In this document: one piece after another, positions 30,001 through 37,312 of the stretch
How the letters are laid out: the number at the start of each line of letters is the position of its first letter
Numbering within the stretch: position 1 is the stretch's first letter
From: Carpediemonas membranifera BICM
Taxonomy: Eukaryota > Protista > Fornicata
Direction: 5' to 3'
Assembly (NCBI GenBank): GCA_019828565.1
Contig: JAHDYR010000001.1
Coordinates: 1-64,000, forward strand
DNA: 64,000 nucleotides
Made by a program: the position numbers and the translations under genes
Notes under the pieces: generated by a model
Told to the model about the DNA's origin: nothing
Databases searched by the model: none
The model's input: the letters and a program-made list of their open reading frames with translations, nothing else

Positions 30001-31278
30001 GCGATAGCGTTCCAACTCGTTGCGCTGGGTCGTGCCCATTTTTCGAAAGTGGTCGCCCCTGAAATCACGAGCTGGGATGCCCCGGACTAATGTCTGGCTT
30101 AATCGCCAGGGCTCCTAGTATAATATACGCAGAGGCGCGGAGTCCCCCAAATGCATCAACTGATTGACTTATGAAAATGACATTTTTGATTTCTGCCACT
30201 CACCCGCCTGGGGAGCTACAGTCGGCACATCCCCTAGATCGCTAGTGCCTAGCTAGCGCTCGCGATTAAGCCAATCTCCCGGCGATAGCGTTCCAACTCG
30301 TTGCGCTGGGTCGTGCCCATTTTTCGAAAGTGGTCGCCCCTGAAATCACGAGCTGGGATGCCCCGGACTAATGTCTGGCTTAATCGCCAGGGCTCCTAGT
30401 ATAATATACGCAGAGGCGCGGAGTCCCCCAAATGCATCAACTGATTGACTTATGAAAATGACATTTTTGATTTCTGCCACTCACCCGCCTGGGGAGCTAC
30501 AGTCGGCACATCCCCTAGATCGCTAGTGCCTAGCTAGCGCTCGCGATTAAGCCAATCTCCCGGCGATAGCGTTCCAACTCGTTGCGCTGGGTCGTGCCCA
30601 TTTTTCGAAAGTGGTCGCCCCTGAAATCACGAGCTGAGATGCCCCGGACTAATGTCTGGCTTAATCGCCAGGGCTCCTAGTATACTATACGCAGAGGCGC
30701 GGAGTCCCCCAAATGCATCAACTGATTGACTTATGAAAATGACATTTTTGATTTCTGCCACTCACCCGCCTGGGGAGCTACAGTCGGCACATCCCCTAGA
30801 TCGCTAGTGCCTAGCTAGCGCTCGCGATTAAGCCAATCTCCCGGCGATAGCGTTCCAACTCGTTGCGCTGGGTCGTGCCCATTTTTCGAAAGTGGTCGCC
30901 CCTGAAATCACGAGCTGGGATGCCCCGGACTAATGTCTGGCTTAATCGCCAGGGCTCCTAGTATAATATACGCAGAGGCGCGGAGTCCCCCAAATGCATC
31001 AACTGATTGACTTATGAAAATGACATTTTTGATTTCTGCCACTCACCCGCCTGGGGAGCTACAGTCGGCACATCCCCTAGATCGCTAGTGCCTAGCTAGC
31101 GCTCGCGATTAAGCCAATCTCCCGGCGATAGCGTTCCAACTCGTTGCGCTGGGTCGTGCCCATTTTTCGAAAGTGGTCGCCCCTGAAATCACGAGCTGGG
31201 ATGCCCCGGACTAATGTCTGGCTTAATCGCCAGGGCTCCTAGTATAATATACGCAGAGGCGCGGAGTCCCCCAAATGC

Positions 31279-31314
31279 ATCAACTGATTGACTTATGAAA
31301 ATGACATTTTTGAT
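31279..31314 (+). ncRNA. Candidate non-canonical minimal type-I hammerhead-like motif, one per satellite unit (example copy)
   Basis: ATCAA-CTGATTGA-CTTAT-GAAA-ATGACAT-TT-TTGAT. Stem I ATCAA/TTGAT, palindromic stem III and UH are in the correct register. However, the CUGANGA box has one extra nucleotide and there is no stem II pair. Confidence 0.25.
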
Positions 31315-31385
31315 TTCTGCCACTCACCCGCCTGGGGAGCTACAGTCGGCACATCCCCTAGATCGCTAGTGCCTAGCTAGCGCTC

Positions 31386-31511
31386 GCGATTAAGCCAATC
31401 TCCCGGCGATAGCGTTCCAACTCGTTGCGCTGGGTCGTGCCCATTTTTCGAAAGTGGTCGCCCCTGAAATCACGAGCTGAGATGCCCCGGACTAATGTCT
31501 GGCTTAATCGC
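31386..31511. repeat. Perfect 12-bp inverted repeat inside the satellite unit (example copy)
   Basis: GCGATTAAGCCA (31386-31397) is the reverse complement of TGGCTTAATCGC (31500-31511), with a 102-bp spacer. Confidence 0.95.
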
Positions 31512-32066
31512 CAGGGCTCCTAGTATACTATACGCAGAGGCGCGGAGTCCCCCCAAATGCATCAACTGATTGACTTATGAAAATGACATTTTTGATTTCT
31601 GCCACTCACCCGCCTGGGGAGCTACAGTCGGCACATCCCCTAGATCGCTAGTGCCTAGCTAGCGCTCGCGATTAAGCTCCTAATAGACTATACAGCTGCC
31701 CCGTATGGCTGCATGACAACTACGTAGGTCTGCGGCCCCTCGGTGGTGGGCACCGAACGCCCGGTCAGTAAGGGCTCTGGTTGAATATGGTTAGAGGTTG
31801 GGCAGTAATCAGTTGATGAATCGATCCCGCATGTTTGAAGAAAATGGCCGAGGACAAGCCGGCCACCGTCTGCTCGCGAGCTCCGAGCAACTGGCGCCGG
31901 GAGTCACCTGGCAGCCGAATTTCGAGTCCGAGGCCCGTCGGCCGACACGTAAATTCACTCCCCCCCGTTCAGGTTTGGCTAGTCAGCCTAGGCGTCTGCT
32001 GGGTCAGACCAAAACGTGGTCGAGCTTATAACAGATATGTATAGATCGAAAAATCGCGTTCTTATA

Positions 32067-32139
32067 GGTCTGCTAGATCAGTCGGTAGATCGTTGGTCTG
32101 ATAAGCCAAAGGTCGTGGGTTCGAGCCCCACGTGGACCA
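32067..32139 (+). tRNA. tRNA-Ile, anticodon GAT
   Basis: Cloverleaf folded by hand: acceptor GGTCTGC/GTGGACC, D stem GATC/GATC, anticodon stem TTGGT/GCCAA with loop CT-GAT-AA, T arm GTGGG-TTCGAGC-CCCAC, discriminator A. No encoded CCA. Confidence 0.95.
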
Positions 32140-32140
32140 G

Positions 32141-32144
32141 TTTT
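32141..32144 (+). terminator. RNA polymerase III terminator (T4) of the tRNA gene
   Basis: TTTT(CTT) starts 2 nt after the discriminator base. Confidence 0.7.
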
Positions 32145-32430
32145 CTTCGCTTACTCGAAAATCGCTCCTTAAAATGCGAATTAGGCAAAACTCAACGCCA
32201 GGACAATCTGGCACACTAACAGTGCTCCTCCTACCTATACCCCTAACTCTATTCCAAGGGGGGGGCAAATATTTATTCTCCGATCAAATATTTGGAATTC
32301 GGCCGCGATCTGAGAATGAGGTAGGCGCCCCGCGTCCGAAGTCTCGTCGGCCATTCGAACTGGCCATCCTGATTTGATTACACGACCTGCCGGGACCGGA
32401 TCAGGATCGTATCATATATTTTGAGCTGTG

Positions 32431-32490
32431 TAAATATGTAAATATAAATATAAATAAAAAAATAATAAAAATATGTAAGTGTAAATATTA
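32431..32490. other. AT-rich tract with iterated TAAATA(T) motif
   Basis: 56 of 60 bases are A/T and there is no C, in an otherwise GC-rich region. Confidence 0.85.
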
Positions 32491-32967
32491 CGGCCGTCAC
32501 GCCGAGGTGACACGAGCCGCCTGTAGTCAGCTCCAGGCGTGATTAGTGGTGTCTGGTACTCAAATATCTGCACCATACTGCATTCTATCATATATGAGTA
32601 AGATTTTCGCACCATCCACAAAGTGTGGCTCTATAACAGAGAGCCCTCCTCTTAAATCCAACCAAAATGGGGGGGCGAGTATTTACTTCGGGTGGCTACC
32701 CCGAGCTCTTATGACAGACCCGGGTAAATCCTCGTCTTGCAATCCGGTCAGGTCCGGAACGGCTCCGACACCTGCCGATGCGTTTCGAAGTGTGACATAA
32801 AGTGCACATTGATCTGCGCGCGCAGGTGCCAGTGATGGTCCTGTGACAGGAACCACGTCGACCCCGATAGAATCGTTATGGCTCGCTCCTCTGGTTTCTT
32901 TCCATGGCAAGAAAGCGATACCATTCAGACGCCAAGCACTTCAGCCCAAAACCGCATTTTAATTAAT

Positions 32968-35900
32968 CTAATTAGGACTCCACTTGCCGAGCCTCGTCTC
33001 GAACTCAAGCATTGCCATCGACTCCCTCAACCAGGCCCTCTTCGCCGCCTGCTGAATGCCCACACGCCACACCGTCACGGCAAGGAGATGCGCTCCGATA
33101 TTGCACAAGAAAGCCACTGCAGAAACCACGATCCTGACCCACGATGCACCAAGCAAGATGAATCCGCCCACGATGGACGCGGCGAGGCCCAGGTATAGGG
33201 CAAAGAGGACAAAGCCGAACAACAACATCTTGCCCCAGCCGTCGAAGCCGCCAGAACGGTTTCTAAAGCCAATAGCAGCGGTCGCATTCCACAAAAGTGA
33301 CGTCGCAACCAAGGTATAGGCGTTATTACTCGCTAAAAACACAAAAGCTGAGACCACTGCGGGGATACCGACTATGCACACACATGCGATCGCCCAGCTG
33401 CTGAGATGCACCCGTTTCTCGGCCCCGCTCGTTGGGACGGGGATCGCTCTGACTACCGATGACCTGGAGGTGGAGAACAAAATACTGGGCGCGATAATGC
33501 ACTGGGCAGCTGCAGAGGTGGCGATCGCCGAGAACGGGGGCGTTGAGGCAAAAAATGATGCAATCAAAATGACCAGGAGCGTCTGGGCGATTGTTGCGAG
33601 GACGTACTTGGTGGCATAGTCGAGGCCTGCCAGGAGAGACCGGGCCTGCACTGAGAGGTCAGAGATGGAGACGGTGGTGGGCACCGACAGTACGGCCGCC
33701 GAGCTCACGATGGCGTCGGACAAGGACCTAGATGGTGGTAGGCAGACGGAGAGGTCTCCCTTGGCCACACACAGCGCCGTGGTGGGGCAGTCGAGCGAAT
33801 GTGCGGTGATGAGGGTGTCGCCGTAGTCGTGGAATAAGTCGATGAGGCCGCCGATGTCCTCGGGGCAGGAATTGCTGTACACGTTGACCTGAAGCGGGGT
33901 GTCGTCAATCCCGTCGACCAGGTGCTGTCGGATGGCGGGTAGACCCCTGGGCAGCCTGGCGTTTAGGTCGGACACAGGAAGAGGCTCGCCCTCCCCGCCG
34001 GCCTTGAGGGAGAGGCAGGAGTTCCACTCCGACCAGAGCCCCACGGCCCGTGCCAGGGCCCTAGAGCGTCTGGAGTTGTGTGCTGAGGCCCACACAACGC
34101 GCACACCGACGTCAGACAACGACTCGAGAGAAGAAGAGATGCTACTGTCAGCGACCGCCGCCCCACCGACCAGCCCGAGCAGCGTGAGCTCTGACACGCA
34201 TCTGACGAGGTGTCTGTGGCGGGTCGGGTCGTACCGGGTGACGGGGGGAAGGGTCTGCACCGCGGGGATGTCGGTGGCCGGGACGACGGTGGTTGCTACG
34301 GCCAGACACGGAGCGGCTCCCGCGAATGATGTGCTGTGGTAGATGTCGACGGCGTTCTCTCGGAGGGTCTGGGTGAGTGGCTGGACGCCGTCTGCTGTCC
34401 AAACTGATGTGCACGCCTCGAGGACGGCGTTCGGGGTGCCAACTGCGATGACCACGAGCTTGCCGTGGAGCTGCTCACGGAACACAGATACACGAAGCAA
34501 CGGGGCAGCCAGCCGACACCGCCAACCCTCCGTGGCGGCAGGCGGGTCAGCGATTACCGCACCCAGTGGGATGTAGTCCGCTGTCACGCCAGGGTCGAAG
34601 CCAAGGTCTGCGGCAAAGTCGGGCAACATGGCGAGGAAGGTCTCGTATCGAGGCGTGTGTACAGGCTTGAAAATGGCGCAGCCCAAGCCGACCGCGCGGG
34701 CAGAGAGACCGGCGGGGGTCTCGTCGGCAATGGCCTCAGCTGCCTCGTTGACGGCGAGAGAGGAGAAGGAGTCGCCCTTCGGAACGTGGACTTTCGTGGG
34801 GACGATGGCTGAGCTGATATATGGTTTCTCATGTAACAGTACGAGTCTACGTAAATTGCCGAGGACTCTGCATGGCGAACACACGTGGTGTAGGTAGTTG
34901 AGGCGGTGCTGGGTGTTGGAGTACGCTGGCTTACATATACCCATGTTAATCACAACGAGCTTCCATAAAGGGACCTCTCCCGCGCTCATCTTGAGGTATG
35001 ACAGGAGCAGCCTCATTTCCGCGAGCATTCCGAGCAGAGGCAGGCCCACTGGGGCCCACAGGGGCGCCACGGCAACGCATAGAAACCCGACCACGCCCAG
35101 TGGGCTGCAGTTGCCAGTGAGCGCGTAGACTATCGAGTACACCACGACTGCGGCTACCACGAGGAAGGTGTAAGACGCAAGGATGGGTGCTGGCAGGGGG
35201 CCTTGGAGCCGCACCGTCGATCTGTCTAGGATGCTGCTGAGGATTCTGGACGCGGGGGTCTGCTGGCACACACCCATGAGTGTCTTGGGCATGGATACGG
35301 GCCGGTAGCCGCCCTCGGGCCACGCGTTCGGCCGCGAGTCGGGAGACCAGATGAAAGAGCCGCTTCGAACACTGAAGCTGCCGAAGTCAATGTCTGCGGG
35401 GGCGACCGTGCCTTCTATTACTTCCACCAGGTCACCCTCGACAATGGTGGCTGGCGACACCCGACGCCAGCGGCCTGAGCGGTGTACTTGCACATGTTCA
35501 TTCGATGCGGCTGGAGCTGGGTCAGCGCTCGTGTCTACCTGACGCATCACGGCCCTTACATGTCGTCTGATCTGAACCACTGGCGCGACGCGTCGGTATA
35601 CCACATGTGTTGACGAGGCAAGCCAGAGGAGCAGGAGGACAACGGATGTGTTGGTTGGGGTGTCGCTGGCGAAGGATAAAAATGTGGCGCTAAGGACGAG
35701 GAGGAGCCAGGGCGTGGGGATGAGGCAGAGAGGCAGGCGGAGGAGGACTCGGTTGCGGTGGGCTCGGGCAGCGTCCTTGAGGGCTGCGACGAGAGATTTC
35801 TTGGCTGCAGCATCTGTGAGACCTTCGTTCATGCGCATGGCGATTGTTTCCTCGAATGGGCCACCAGTATTGGTTTCCGAGCCTGTTTCGAGCAGGAACT

Positions 35901-35970
35901 TGCCATGCGATGGAACGTCGACAGCAAGAGTGATATCAGCGAGGTCTAGGTTGCTCGATGCTCTGTTCAT
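32968..35970 (-). CDS. TMEM94: TMEM94/ERMA-like P-type-ATPase-fold membrane protein (1000 aa)
   Basis: TMEM94-family motifs WNSCLSL, LPRGLPAIRQHL..IDDTPLQV..YSNSCPE and C-terminal LEFETRLGKWSPN (cf. human LQFETKLGMNSPF). Actuator-like VEGDLVEV...APAD. Many TM segments. Confidence 0.85.
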   Translation of the reverse strand: MNRASSNLDLADITLAVDVPSHGKFLLETGSETNTGGPFEETIAMRMNEGLTDAAAKKSLVAALKDAARAHRNRVLLRLPLCLIPTPWLLLVLSATFLSFASDTPTNTSVVLLLLWLASSTHVVYRRVAPVVQIRRHVRAVMRQVDTSADPAPAASNEHVQVHRSGRWRRVSPATIVEGDLVEVIEGTVAPADIDFGSFSVRSGSFIWSPDSRPNAWPEGGYRPVSMPKTLMGVCQQTPASRILSSILDRSTVRLQGPLPAPILASYTFLVVAAVVVYSIVYALTGNCSPLGVVGFLCVAVAPLWAPVGLPLLGMLAEMRLLLSYLKMSAGEVPLWKLVVINMGICKPAYSNTQHRLNYLHHVCSPCRVLGNLRRLVLLHEKPYISSAIVPTKVHVPKGDSFSSLAVNEAAEAIADETPAGLSARAVGLGCAIFKPVHTPRYETFLAMLPDFAADLGFDPGVTADYIPLGAVIADPPAATEGWRCRLAAPLLRVSVFREQLHGKLVVIAVGTPNAVLEACTSVWTADGVQPLTQTLRENAVDIYHSTSFAGAAPCLAVATTVVPATDIPAVQTLPPVTRYDPTRHRHLVRCVSELTLLGLVGGAAVADSSISSSLESLSDVGVRVVWASAHNSRRSRALARAVGLWSEWNSCLSLKAGGEGEPLPVSDLNARLPRGLPAIRQHLVDGIDDTPLQVNVYSNSCPEDIGGLIDLFHDYGDTLITAHSLDCPTTALCVAKGDLSVCLPPSRSLSDAIVSSAAVLSVPTTVSISDLSVQARSLLAGLDYATKYVLATIAQTLLVILIASFFASTPPFSAIATSAAAQCIIAPSILFSTSRSSVVRAIPVPTSGAEKRVHLSSWAIACVCIVGIPAVVSAFVFLASNNAYTLVATSLLWNATAAIGFRNRSGGFDGWGKMLLFGFVLFALYLGLAASIVGGFILLGASWVRIVVSAVAFLCNIGAHLLAVTVWRVGIQQAAKRAWLRESMAMLEFETRLGKWSPN

Positions 35971-36173
35971 CTATCTTCTGAAGCTTTGTAGACTCCCAGG
36001 CAGCAGTGGGTGCTCCGAAACGAACAACCCGTCGTGATGCGCAGGTTAAGGAGAGAGCTCGCGGGAGCAATCCAGACCGAACCAGGGCCTTTATACACAC
36101 ATACAAGGCCGCCATGGACGAATCGCGGCTCTTTTTGACGCAGGTCATCTGGCGCATTGCCGAACGAAAGATC

Positions 36174-37100
36174 ATGGCTCACGGAGCTCCACGGTACAGA
36201 TCGGGCGGGGGCAACTATCAAAGACCACAGCAAGGACAAAGAAAGACTACTGCTGTGTCAAGGATTCTTGAACGGGCACAACAGTTCCTCACGGCCTTCG
36301 ACGGACCGCCAGCGAACAGAGCACAGAGTCTGCAGTCCTACTACCATCCAAACGCCCAGTTTAGCATCTCATGTTTCCCTTCCCTTCCTCCTCCGCTCAC
36401 CAACAAGCAAGGGCGCCCCGCACTGAACCAGCACACCACCCCCGCCGTGAAACAGACCTGGCAATGCTACGCCATGGAGGGCATCAACCACGGCGCGACG
36501 AGCACATCTACAGGGTCCGATGCAGCGCTCAAGAGCACCGCACCCGCCGTTCTGGCCTTCGTTAGCCAGCTGCCAGCCACGGTGCACAAGATTGAGTCCA
36601 ACAACCCGGGCGAAGTCGTGCTCCGGATGGTTGACAGAGAGAGAACTCCCACCGATCTCGATCCCAACCTCGCCTTCGTCACTTTTGATGGCCATTTGAT
36701 TGAATACCCGAGTGATCCGAGCAAAAGCACCGAGAGAATCTTCTTCCGCACCATTACCCTCGCCCAGACGTCCCCCAAGTCGCCCTACGTGGTGGTGAAT
36801 GACATGCTTCGTCTTGGCGAGTACGTTCCAATCTTCAAGCCTTTCAAATTCGACCTCCGCCAGACCCCTGCCTTCCAGGGCTCCAGACAGCCTTCACAGC
36901 CGGCCCAGCAGCCAGGGTCGTCGCTGACCGTGGAGCAGCAGACCCTGGTGTCCCAGCTAGGTGCTATGACGGGAATGCGGGATGAGTACTGCCGGATGCT
37001 GCTCGATGCATCGAACTGGGACGTCCAGACGACCCAAGCGAACTTCCAGGCGTTTTTGAAGAATAATGGCGGGGCGGTGCCTGCGAATATGTTGAAGTAA
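36174..37100 (+). CDS. MEX67: Mex67/NXF1-like mRNA export factor (NTF2-like + TAP-C/UBA domains), ~308 aa from the likely ATG
   Basis: NTF2-like motifs FLTAFD..RAQSLQSYYHPNAQFSIS and FFRTITL...VVNDML. TAP-C signature QQTLVSQLGAMTGMRDEYCRMLLDASNWD. RG/Q-rich N-terminus. The ORF-track start at 36006 is a GTG. Confidence 0.8.
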   Translation: MAHGAPRYRSGGGNYQRPQQGQRKTTAVSRILERAQQFLTAFDGPPANRAQSLQSYYHPNAQFSISCFPSLPPPLTNKQGRPALNQHTTPAVKQTWQCYAMEGINHGATSTSTGSDAALKSTAPAVLAFVSQLPATVHKIESNNPGEVVLRMVDRERTPTDLDPNLAFVTFDGHLIEYPSDPSKSTERIFFRTITLAQTSPKSPYVVVNDMLRLGEYVPIFKPFKFDLRQTPAFQGSRQPSQPAQQPGSSLTVEQQTLVSQLGAMTGMRDEYCRMLLDASNWDVQTTQANFQAFLKNNGGAVPANMLK

Positions 37101-37312
37101 AGCGTGTTTTAAGGGAGTTTAAGGGAAGAGGTGTGTCTGAACATGTATCGCAGAGAGCGAGAAGAAAGGGTAAGCTGCGACATAATTTGGCTATATCCAG
37201 TCAGAGCTTGGCCTCAGAGCTTGATGTCATCATATCTTGACTAAATCTGGATTTTTCTTCGCGGCACAGCCACTCACTGCGAAGCTGACTTTGACAATGT
37301 AATCATGGAGCA

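Larger units (their letters stand above)
1..31677. repeat. Tandem satellite array, ~281-bp unit, ~112 copies, runs off the left edge
   Basis: The unit AAATGCATCAACTGATTGACTTATGAAAATGACATTTTTGATTTCTGCC...GGAGTCCCCC recurs head-to-tail, e.g. starts at 30992, 31273 and 31555 (281-282 bp apart). No conserved ORF. The match ends at 31677. Confidence 0.99.

Noticed and set aside
1-31677. Array as CRISPR, 5S rDNA, tRNA array or telomeric repeat
   Set aside because: No variable spacers, no 5S box A/C or tRNA cloverleaf on either strand, and no short G-rich telomeric unit.
32746-32770. GGTCAGGTCCGGAA resembles bacterial SRP RNA helix 8
   Set aside because: The required 3' AGCAG strand of the symmetric loop is absent, so this is likely chance.
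31798-32910. Short ORFs in the array-gene boundary
   Set aside because: Mostly non-ATG starts, they overlap the tRNA or AT tract, and no domains are recognisable.
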